Positions 12,838 through 22,530 are shown, numbered from the stretch's first letter. The stretch is 43,127 nucleotides of DNA from Octopus bimaculoides (GCF_001194135.2 NC_068988.1:96922925-96966051), one strand, 5' to 3'. The notes: a model not told the origin generated them from the letters alone. A program made the numbers and translations.

Positions 12838-13764
12838 ATTGGTAAAACTAATATTTGCTGTTTTAAAATGTCTCTGACATGCAAACATCATTTCTAAAAG
12901 AAACTGTGGAACGGTGTGGTGGTGGTGGAGGGGGATGATGGTTGGGGTGGTATTAATTGCAGTAGTGGTGGTGGTAGTTGTGGTGGTACAGCTTTGGGTT
13001 GTTTGTGGAGGTGATGATGATGATGGTTGAAGTAGTTCTTGTGTTATCACAAATGCCGTCACGACCCAGAAGTGGTGTTGCTGTTGTTGTTGTTGCTGCT
13101 GTTGCTGTTGGTGGTGATGATGATGATGTTGATGGTTGTGGTGGTTATGATCATGATGGTATTTGCTATGTTAGCTGTGATGATGATGATGATGATGTTG
13201 ATAAATGTTGTAGTTGTGGTGGTGGTGGTGGTTGTGCCATTTGTGATGATGATGATGGTGGTGGTGGTCGCCTCCATTGGGTGAGTGGTAGGAGTTTTCA
13301 TGATGATGATGATGATGATGATGATAGATCAACAACTGAGAGAGAGAGAAGTCAGCTGTTGTTTATGGTGGAGGGGGGGCTGTGTGTATGTGTTTCTTGG
13401 TTTATTTCTTTTATGCCCACCCTGGGGTACCTATGGTTTTTGTCTTAACAAACCACACTTAACTGCAGCTTGTCACATGTTTGGAGCTCTACGATGTGTT
13501 TATTATTATTAACTATTATTGTTGTTGTTGTTGTTGTTGTGATTGTGTTTGAGTGGCAGGTGAGATGGTGGTGGTGGTGGTGGTGGTGGAGAGGTTTCAC
13601 ATTCAGCTATTTTAACTTTTTGCCCCTGTACATCGGCTATATTTGGATTACTCCCCTTCACTCTTTCTTTCTTTCTTTTTTACCTCTCTCTGTTACTTTC
13701 TTTCCCACCTGTGTGTGTGTGTGTGTGTATGTACACACACATGCAGACACACGCACACACACAC

Positions 13765-13982
13765 ATGAGGGGGTGCTGAAAAGTTCCTGGCTTTGGGTTA
13801 AAGAAACTAAAGGAGGATCTGTTAATTATGATTTCACTGAACACATTCCCCTCTCAGATTCACACACTTATTGCAGTGGTCCTTCAGTTTTTCCAAGCCC
13901 TGTAAAAGAGCTTGGAAGGTTGGGCCTCCAGCTGGGCCTTTTGCGATAATCTTAAAACCAAGAACTTTTCAGTACCCTTCAT
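13765..13982 (-). mobile_element. Mariner-derived MITE with transposase C-terminus
   Basis: About 30-bp TIRs: atgagggggtgctgaaaagttcctggcttt versus reverse complement atgaagggtactgaaaagttcttggtttt. Minus 13834-13908 encodes LLQGLEKLKDHCNKCVNLRGECVQ*. Confidence 0.8.
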
Positions 13983-14106
13983 CTACATATGTGTGTGTGT
14001 ATATTAATAATAATAATATGACAACTAAAGAATGAATGAGGCCTCAATATTATGTAAAATAGAGGAATTTATCTATAAATATAATATGTGACAACTAATT
14101 GGTTGA

Positions 14107-14173
14107 CATAATAAAACTCAGAGTTTCGGATGTCGGGGCTGAAGTCTGCTCCGGCATCTCATCAGTTATTATG
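14107..14173 (-). ncRNA. Type I hammerhead ribozyme motif (Penelope-like, palindromic stem III), core intact
   Basis: Minus-strand RNA: CAUAAUAA-CUGAUGA-GAUGCCGG...CCGACAUCC-GAAA-CUCUGAG-UU^UUAUUAUG. Perfect 8-bp stem I, canonical CUGAUGA and GAAA, stem III ACUC/GAGU, GUU cleavage triplet. Stem II is imperfect (one bulge, one mismatch). Confidence 0.75.
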
Positions 14174-14399
14174 CGTTTTTGCTTGTCTTAATAACTGATG
14201 AGATGCCAGAACTGNNNNNNNNNNNNNNNNNNNATATATATATATATATATATATATATAATAATAATAATTCGGAAAGAGAGAAACAAATTTCAAAGGT
14301 CAGTGTTCATATTCACTCAATCCATTTTAAATTGTCAGAATTCTCCACAATATACATTGGTACATTCATATACATAAGATATAGTCAAAATCCATAGGA

Positions 14400-14820
14400 T
14401 TACCAGAAATATAGCATCAGTGGTGCTTTTTTCCCTGGCACAAACCCAAGCTGCATTTCATCTAAACTGACTCGGTCCCTAATTAGTTGAGCTATGACCC
14501 TCTCTGTGACCTTCATTACTTGATCCAACAACTTGATACCTCTGTAATTATTTGTATATAATGCATCACCTTTACCTTTGTAGCAGTTGACTATGGTGCT
14601 GCTACACCAGTCATTGGGTATGACTCCTTCATGTATCACCTGGTTAACTATATGGGTGACTTGACTACAGCTGACACCGCTAGATATTTTAAGCATCTCT
14701 GTGGTGATTCGTGATGGAATGGGGGGGGGGAGTTCCCTGTCTTCATACCCTTAATTGCTTTATCTACCAAGGTACTCTCAATTCAGATAGCTGTTTCCTC
14801 TGTTGGGTTGACATTCGGCA
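14400..14820 (-). mobile_element. RTE LINE RT fragment
   Basis: MLKIS...IVNQVIHEGVIPNDWCSSTIVNCYKGKGDALYTNNYRGIKLLDQVMKVTERVIAQLIRDRVSLDEMQLGFVPGK (ORF 14400-14696). Confidence 0.92.
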
Positions 14821-15012
14821 GACTCTCTTTCTCCCATTCATTTTCTTCAAATAGCACCCTTTCATATATGTGTGTGTGTGTGTGTGTGTGTGCATGTATA
14901 TATATGTGCATGTATATATATGTGTGCATCAGTGTGTATATATTTGTGTCTATATATATATATATATATATTTATATTTGTGTGTTGTGTGTAGGCGTGA
15001 AGTGCCTTCCCC

Positions 15013-15060
<48 letters not shown>

Positions 15061-15669
15061 NNNNNNNNNNTATATATATAAAGGCGGTGCTCCAGCATGG
15101 CTGCAGTCAAATGACTGAAACAAGTAAAAGAGTATATATATATGTATATATATGTACATACACACTCATCACACACACTGACTCTGTGTGTGTGTGTGTG
15201 TGTGTATGTACACTATTACAACAACACATCCCCCCTCCACCCCCACCCCCCACACACAGCGTATTGTATTGTTTACTTTTCCTGCTGCCAACCCTGTAAG
15301 TCAATCCATGCCACTTATAATACACCAACACCCATTATTTTCATTCATACTGTCAACTCCTATATTCTTCTCTCTTAACCAATTTCTCTTTATTCACTTT
15401 AGCTACCAATTCCATTCTGCCGTGTAAGTTTTTGTTACTGCCATTGTCAATATCATCATCATCATCATCATTATCATCTTCTCTACCTCCTGTTTTGTCA
15501 TCATTATCTTCACCACCATCAACACCATCATTGTCATCAGCTGCTGCTGCTTCTGGCTCTTGGTACCTTTCTCCCTGGCTGAGCCCATGCCCCAACCCCC
15601 TGCATTCAGGCCATCAATTTGTTTGTATCTGTTCCTCAAATGCTGGTCTTTATTGGTTTATAGTATTTA

Positions 15670-16195
15670 GCAATGAAGGAAGATGAAAGTCAAAGGTTTA
15701 TCCAGGTACTTTCTGCAAGAGGACCAGAGGTTGTGAGGTGTTGTGGATTATAAAACATTGCAGCAGTCGATTAGAGACGAGGATCTTTTTGCCAAGAAGT
15801 GTGGAATGGTAAGGGACATATACGCATCCTCACCAGCATTAAGAAGAAGGAGAAAGATGGGAAGGACCAACTGAAATGGAGACAAAATAAAGGGCCTCAG
15901 CTTCTCAAGTTATATAATTGAAATAGGGATTTAAGAGTATGAAGACAAAGATTGCAGATTGACCACCTGAGATGGTTGTGGAGGTACTGAAATACCCAAT
16001 AGCACAGGCTGGTCACTCAGTGAATTTGTTAGTATAGGAGGTGGTGTAATGGCTAACAACTAGTGTTGTAGTATCATCAATTGGTACAAAGGCAAAGGAG
16101 AGGTACTTTTAGAGAGGCGGGGGAGGGAATTTATAGAAGCGTGAAATTGATGGACGAGATGCAAGAGGAAGATGAAATGTAGCTTGGGTCAGGAA
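15670..16195 (+). mobile_element. Heavily decayed RTE LINE RT fragment
   Basis: CCSIINWYKGKGE, YRSVKLMD and DEM*LG match the 14400-14696 element in the opposite orientation. Confidence 0.7.
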
Positions 16196-16544
16196 GGGTA
16201 TCGTATTGAAGGGGTGGGTGGGGACAGAGGCCGGGGTGGATGCATACATGTATATANNNNNNNNNNNNNNNNNNNNNNNNNNNNNNNNNNNNNNNNNNNN
16301 NNNNNNNNNNNNNNNNNNNNNNNNNNNNNNNNNNNNNNNNNNNNNNNNNNNNNNNNNNNNNNNNNNNNNNNNNNNNNNNNNNNNNNNNNNNNNNNNNNNN
16401 NNNNNNNNNNNNNNNNNNNNNNNNNNNNNNNNNNNNNNNNNNNNNNNNNNNNNNNNNNNNNNNNNNNNNNNNNNNNNNNNNNNNNNNNNNNNNNNNNNNN
16501 NNNNNNNNNNNNNNNNNNNNNNNNNNNNNNNNNNNNNNNNNNNN

Positions 16545-16594
16545 GATGTTGTGTTTCATCTCAATGCCTACAATGCCTCAGGAACCGTTTCCAG
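16545..16594 (+). CDS. ZNG1: ZNG1/CBWD exon (5' end lost in N gap): DVVFHLNAYNASGTVS-S
   Basis: Aligns to human ZNG1 'SNVLDLHAFDSLSGIS' (recalled sequence). Ends at donor AG|GTGAGT in phase 2 and joins in frame to 17530. About 10 nt and the acceptor should lie in gap 16258-16544. Confidence 0.8.
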
Positions 16595-17529
16595 GTGAGT
16601 TGTAACAAAATGAGACTTTTGGGTGCTTTACCTCATAAACTGTGTGACTGAAGTACCCCGGATTGGGCGGGGGCGGGGGGGGGGCTGCTTCTATCTTTTT
16701 TTCTTCTTTTTCCTTTGATACTATGAATCAAATTACTTTTGATGCCACAATTCTTGACTGATGTTATTATTTTTATATTGGAGGCACATTTCATCATCAT
16801 CATCACCATCGCCATCATCATCATCATCATCATCACCATCATCACCATCATTTAACATCTGTTTTTGATGCTGGAATGAGTTGAATGATTTGACAGAGCC
16901 TGATGAGTTGCAGAGTTGCATCAGGTCCCAATGTCAGTTTTTGGCGTGGCCCCTATGGCTGGGAAACCCTTCTTAACGCCAACCACTTTACATTGTGTAC
17001 TGGATGCTTTCCCCATGGCACCAGCACTAGTGAGGTTGCCGAGTTACTTGCAGGACAAAGTAAAGAAAGGAAAAAGAAAAATATTCTTTACCAAAGCTAA
17101 TTATATTGAGTTGGACTTTATCAGTAAAAGTGTTATTTGCTCTGATTAAGGGCCGTGCATTGAGGGAATTCTCAGAACCTAAAAAAAAATACTTTGTTGT
17201 GTTTGTTCTTTATGTTCTGAATTCAAATTCTGTGGAGGTCCACTGTGCATTTCACCCTTTCAGGATTGATAAAACAAAGTAGGGGGTCAAAGACTGGGGT
17301 CAGTGATATCAACAAACTCTCATCAAAATTGCTGGCCTTTATCATCATCATCATCTGCTTTCCATGCTGGCATGAGTTGGACGGTTTGACTGAGTGTGTG
17401 TGTGTGTGCAAATGAGGGAGAAGCTCACGGATAGGTAAATAGATAGATAGATAGGACAGATCGATAATGAAACTCAACCATTAATTACTAACAAATTTTC
17501 TTAATTTGATATTTTCACCTCTTTTCCAG

Positions 17530-17590
17530 CTCTGAAGATAATTTCAAGAAACAAAAACTCTTTGTGCCCCACAATCCACATCTTGATCAG
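17530..17590 (+). CDS. ZNG1: ZNG1/CBWD exon: SEDNFKKQKLFVPHNPHLDQ
   Basis: Acceptor ttttcacctcttttccAG, donor CAG|GTGAGA, 61 nt, phase 2 to 0. Ends in PHLDQ like human 'PGTQPHLDQ'. Confidence 0.9.
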
Positions 17591-17779
17591 GTGAGAAACT
17601 GTTGTGTATAGTCTGGCTCCACATTACCTTTCAAAGGACCCACCCCCACTTACATATGTACACACATTGTTTAACTTTTTTGCAGTGGCAATCAAATACA
17701 TTCACTCAAACTTTCGTTACTCTTAATTACAGAAAGCAGTTTAATTAACAATTTATCTTTTGCCTCCTCCTCCTCCTTT

Positions 17780-18176
17780 TTAACGTCTGCTTTCCATGCT
17801 GGCATGGGTTGGACGGTTTGACTGAGAATTGGCAAGATGGGAGGCTGCACCAGGCTCCAATCTGATTTAGCAAGGTTTCTACAGCTGGATGCTCTTCCTA
17901 ACACCAATCACTCCAAGAGTGTAGTAGGTGCTTTTACGTGCCACTGGCATGGGAGCTGATCAGGTGGCACTGGCATCAGTCACACTTGAATGGTGCCTTT
18001 TACATGTCACTGGCATTGGCCTTGCTCAAATGGTGTGTTTTATGCACCACTAGCATGGGTGCCAGTCAGACAGCACTGACACCAGGCACCAATCTAATCT
18101 GGCAGAGTTTCTACAGTTGGATGCTCTTTCTAACGTCAACCACTCCGAGAGTGTAGTGGGTGCCTTTTTACGTGCC
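17780..18176 (-). mobile_element. Retroposon 3' region with internal subrepeats
   Basis: Reverse complement of the (GAT)n-tail family. Two copies of gtttctacagctggatgc...gagtgtagt.ggtgc..ttacgtgcc (17875-17942 and 18107-18176) with GGTGCCTTTTAC-type subrepeats between them. Confidence 0.8.
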
Positions 18177-18407
18177 TTTTTGAAAGTTTTTTCTTTGTTG
18201 AGATATGTCAAAGTTTGTTGACGGAATGGGACTTGCTGAAATTACCAATTCTATTTTTGGTTGATATCCGACATTATTTTAAAAGCTGTGTGTGTGTGTG
18301 TGTGTGTGTGTGCGTGCGTGCGTGTGTGTGCGTGTGTGTGTGTGTGTAAAACGGTTTTAAAAACGATTTCCTCCAGCATTCAATTGAACCACCAAAGAAA
18401 AGTCAAT

Positions 18408-18590
18408 GTGGTTGCTTGTCTTGCTAGTAATAGCTGCTAAATTCCCTTACATCACCCTCTACCATCTTAAAAAATAGAAGAAAACATTGGTTATTATGAT
18501 TCTAGATATACTACACATGAAACAAAGATGGGATAGTCATGGTTGGAATGTATTTGCCCATAGGTTTACTTGCTCATAGATAAGTGCTCA
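18408..18590. repeat. Dispersed repeat family (gctaggaatagc...aaatctccctca)
   Basis: Related segments at 20875-20960 and 21118-21145, and in reverse orientation at 321-348 and 12280-12310. Class not determined. Confidence 0.5.
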
Positions 18591-18657
18591 GCATAACAAC
18601 AAGAACAACAACAACAACAACATTAATTGCTCATGAATGTTTTTGTTCAATTTTCAG

Positions 18658-18792
18658 TCAATAACAACTGTGACCTTTGACATCATGGAGTCTGTGACCC
18701 AATCGTCTGTGGAGCAATTCCTTCAAAACCTTCTTTGGGAGAAAACCATTTGTGATGCTGGCGGGAATCCGATGGAGGTCTTCAGGATGAAA
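18658..18792 (+). CDS. ZNG1: ZNG1/CBWD exon, CobW C-terminal domain: SITTVTFDIMESVTQSSVEQFLQNLLWEKTICDAGGNPMEVFRMK
   Basis: Acceptor ttttgttcaattttcAG, donor AAA|GTGAGT, 135 nt, phase 0 to 0. Matches human SIVTITF...FIQNLLWEK...MEVIRLK. Confidence 0.96.
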
Positions 18793-19536
18793 GTGAGTTG
18801 AAATAAGAACTTCTTTTGTTCTTTCCTTTTTACTGTGTGCCACTCACACTCTCTCTCTCTCTCTCTCCTCTGTCTGTCCTTCTCTCTCTCTCCTCTGTCT
18901 GTCCTTCTCTCTCTCTCCTCTGTCTGTCCTTCTCTCTCTCTTTCTCTCCTCCTTCTCCTCTCCCTATCTCTCCTACACAATCAAAGGCAAACAAATACAT
19001 CACAACACAACCAGCATCACAAATGTGAACCTGATAGCATAGAACTCTAAACACTCTGATTGGTCAAATTCTGGTGGCAAAATCGGGCATGTAGGTTTTG
19101 CAGCCCTTAAACTCATTGGCTACTAGAGCCTGGTTGTAACAGTCCATAGGTATATATATGTATATATATATATGAAATATGGTTTCATAGTGGTAAGTGT
19201 GTAAATGTGGCGTGTACTCTGCACAAGTTAAGAAACGGTGACGAGAACAAATCTTATAATTATAAGCATTCACCGTTTGTTGGTTATTGAAGATAGTTTA
19301 ATAGTAGGGTGTATAAAGCCCCGATGGAAAAAATGAGAATTAGTACATGTGGGAATTGAAACCACACCATACATGTATGTATGCTTAAAATCTGTTTTGA
19401 AACTCTGTATTTGTTTGTACACACACACACACACCTGCACACACACCTGCACACACTATGACTATTGGTATTTAAACTGTAAAGAGAGAATGACCTTCTA
19501 AATGAATTTGGCTCCGTCCTGTGTTCCCCCTTTTAG

Positions 19537-19663
19537 GCTCTTCTGTTTCTGGCTGACAACCCGAGGAGGGTTATTCTCCAATCTGTTCATGAATTATTTG
19601 ACTTTCAACAAACGACCGAATGGGCCGACACCGACAACAAGTGCTGCAGGTTTGTCTTTATTG
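19537..19663 (+). CDS. ZNG1: ZNG1/CBWD exon: ALLFLADNPRRVILQSVHELFDFQQTTEWADTDNKCCRFVFI-G
   Basis: Acceptor ttcccccttttAG, donor G|GTAAGT, 127 nt, phase 0 to 1. Matches human GLVSIK...VIVQGVHELYD...W...RLVLLG. Confidence 0.96.
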
Positions 19664-19960
19664 GTAAGTAGATGTATTTGTTGTTGCTGTTGTTGTCATT
19701 GAGTGGTTTGTTTTAATTAGTCATGATTTGAATAATCAAATGGCAGGAAATTAACCAATTACACATTTGTTTTGCTTTTTATGTGGCGATGTGCACCATG
19801 TATATATACAACCCATTTCATGCCTGTCTATGCACACTCACTCACGTATGGTTAAGAAGTTCCTTTCCCAATCACTTGGTTTCCGGTTCAGTCCCACTGC
19901 CTGACACCAGTGCTTTTTATGTGGCACCAGTTCCAGTGTTGTTGTGGTCAACAGGTCTTC

Positions 19961-20007
<47 letters not shown>

Positions 20008-20473
20008 CATACATCTTTCAGATTTATTCAGAATTCCTTACACTCATTCCTACCTTGTACCTGGAAGGTCTCTACCTTGACACCTCCTACCCCATTATTC
20101 CTATCACTTTCCAAAACTCCATCCAATCATGCCCAACCCCTTCTAAAATTCAGTAGACATGTAGCTTCTTTACAACAAGAAACCTGTTCTGCTCTGGCCC
20201 TTTTCTGTCATACTTCCCCCTCTCTGTTTCTTATCTCCTAGCATAAAGTTTCCCCCTTGGGGTTCGTAGTCTTGCAAGCCGCATAGCAACCTCACTAGTG
20301 CTGTTCATAGGTGAAGAGGCAACCAGGGTTTAATGTTAGGACGGGGACCCAGCTGTAGAAATCATGCTAATACGCACAGTGGAGCATGATGCAGTTCTTG
20401 GGGGCACACCAGACCCTGCTAAACCATCGAACCCATGCCAGCATGGAAATCAGACGTTAAATGAGGATGATAC

Positions 20474-20508
<35 letters not shown>

Positions 20509-20596
20509 AGAATGTTCCTTTTTGTTGTACCTAACATTCATGCAGTTTTTGTTGCCTTCATCATTAACAGAACAAATTTTTTTATATTTTGTGCAG

Positions 20597-20664
20597 GTCG
20601 ACATTTGGACAAAGATATTCTCCAGAAGAATCTTCTGACATTTGTAGCCAAAGACGAACATTAA
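20597..20664 (+). CDS. ZNG1: ZNG1/CBWD terminal coding exon: [22 protein letters not shown]
   Basis: Acceptor ttttttatattttgtgcAG, phase 1, TAA at 20662-20664. Matches human GRNLDKDILKQLF. Confidence 0.95.
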
Positions 20665-20751
20665 AACTGAATTTCTTGTGAATTTTACACACACACACAC
20701 ACACACGCACGCACGCACGCACCCGCACACACACGCACACACGCACGCACC

Positions 20752-20794
<43 letters not shown>

Positions 20795-21368
20795 AAAAAT
20801 GAAGAAAAAATAAAAAAAATTTCTATTAAGTTTTTTTTATCCATTTTCATGAACCTTTGAAGGAGCCTCATCATGGTTGCTTGGTCTGCTAGGAATAGCA
20901 CCCAAATCTCCCTCAAGCAGCACACTTTCCATTGTAAAAAAAGGAAAGAAAATATAGAATACATTGTCATTGATTCACTCTGCTAAAAGACCTTTGGTCA
21001 TTCAGGTATAACTCAGGGTTAAACAAAACTACAACCACCTCCCTCATGATTGTCATCAATCATCATCATCATCATTGTCATGATTATCGTCACAGACAAC
21101 CTCTACAGGATTACTCATTGTGCTGGAAATAGCACCCAACTGTTACATCAAATGCCTACTACACTCTTCATAATTTGAATGTTTTTTGGCTGTTAGCAAT
21201 AATGATCCTTTTATTTTTCCACTAGGGCCCACTCATGTTATAAAAGGGGTTTACAAAGATATATGAGATGTACATACATAACACACAGTTATATGAAGTT
21301 GGAGGATGAGGCCAGGATGTTATACAATGTATAGGGACATAGAGAAACTTTCAGAATGTATGCAAATT

Positions 21369-21520
21369 AGGTGCAGGAGTGGCTGTGTGGTAAATAGCTT
21401 GCTTACCAACCACATGGTTCAGGGTTCAGTCCCACTGCATAGCACCTTGGGCAAGTGTCTTCTACTATAGCCTCGGGCTGACCAAAGTCTTGTGAGTGGA
21501 TTTGGTAGACGGAAACTGAA
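21369..21520 (+). mobile_element. tRNA-derived SINE head
   Basis: aggtgcaggagTGGCTGTGTGG (A box)...aGGGTTCAGTCCC (B box)...ggcaagtgtcttctactatagcc...ggtagacggaaactgaa. Confidence 0.85.
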
Positions 21521-21869
21521 TTATGACCAACACATGTTTCTGCTGCATAGAGAAGAAGAAATTACATCTGCATCTGGCTAGTTTCAACTTTGCAGCTTTA
21601 TTCAACGTCTGTTCACAGATTCATTGGAATTGTCTTGGAGTTACACTCTTAATATTTCTCGTCCAGTGAAGTGGACCCAGTATTTACCCATCAAATGAAT
21701 TATAGTGGGATTGCTCACCTCAATCCTAGGTGATCCTTACTACATGATGTGGTTAACCTGAACCTGTGTTATAACTGAATGTTCATACAGTACCCACCTG
21801 GATAATTTATTCCTATATACTCATATATATATATAATATCAAAATTAGCAACAAATATATCCAGAAGTA

Positions 21870-21957
21870 ATGCAGTACGATCGTTTCAAGCAACTCCATT
21901 TAATTGATCAATGCAATCATTACATCAATTTAAATGCAGAGCAATCCTCAGCTGCAT
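21870..21957 (-). ncRNA. Type I hammerhead ribozyme motif, stem II base degenerate
   Basis: Minus strand: AUGCAG-CUGAGGA-[long stem II with CAUUU/AAAUG and AAUUGAU/AUCAAUU]-GAAA-CGAUCG-UA^CUGCAU. 6-bp stem I, palindromic ACGAUCGU stem III, GUA triplet. The stem II closing pair is U.U. Confidence 0.6.
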
Positions 21958-22062
21958 AAAGACATAGAATTTAATTAAATTGAAACAGGTGGACACATTA
22001 GTATAAATTTACCTAAAATCTCCAAGACGGTAAGGAGGTAGACAAAGAATATGCTTAGAAGC

Positions 22063-22108
<46 letters not shown>

Positions 22109-22109
22109 C

Positions 22110-22300
22110 TCGTGCCTGTGGCATGTAAAAGCACCTACTACATTCTTGGAGTGCTTGGTGTTAGGAAGGGCATCCAGCTGTAGAAACATCACCAGATCAG
22201 ATTGGGGCCTGGTGCAGCCTCCTGGCTTCCCAGACCCCAGTCGAACCGTCCGATCCATGCCAGCATGGAAAACAGACGTTAAACGATGATGATGATGATA
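22110..22300 (+). mobile_element. Retroposon 3' tail ending in (GAT)n
   Basis: gcatgtaaaagcacc...gcatccagctgtagaaac...ccatgccagcatggaaaacagacgttaaacgatgatgat; reverse complement of 17780-17945. Confidence 0.85.
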
Positions 22301-22446
22301 TGTATATAACAAAATCAAAGTAAATGACAGATTTTCGTAGGTTCAAGTTCCTTTATCATTGGAATACAAAATACATAAAAAATTAATCGAGATGTTAGGT
22401 TTCAAGCGCTCCAGTATTACGATCCAAAGAAAAGCTGTATTTCAAA

Positions 22447-22530
22447 ACCTCATGATTGTTTCGAGGAATGCGTTTGAATTTGGCAAGTTTTCCAGATGAT
22501 ACAAATAGTCGCATTTCTCTCATCAGAGGT
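22447..22530 (-). ncRNA. Decayed hammerhead ribozyme relic
   Basis: Minus strand: ACCU-CUGAUGA-GAGAAAUGCG...CGCAUUCCUC-GAAA-CAAUCA-UG-AGGU. Stem II pairs 9 of 10 and stem I is 4 bp. Stem III ACAAUCAU is consistent with decayed ACGAUCGU. G at position 17 predicts no cleavage. Confidence 0.55.

Noticed and set aside
18850-18945. Regularly spaced repeats that could be mistaken for a CRISPR-like array
   Set aside because: Simple CT-rich tandem units of about 25 bp without unique spacers, in eukaryotic intronic DNA with no cas genes.
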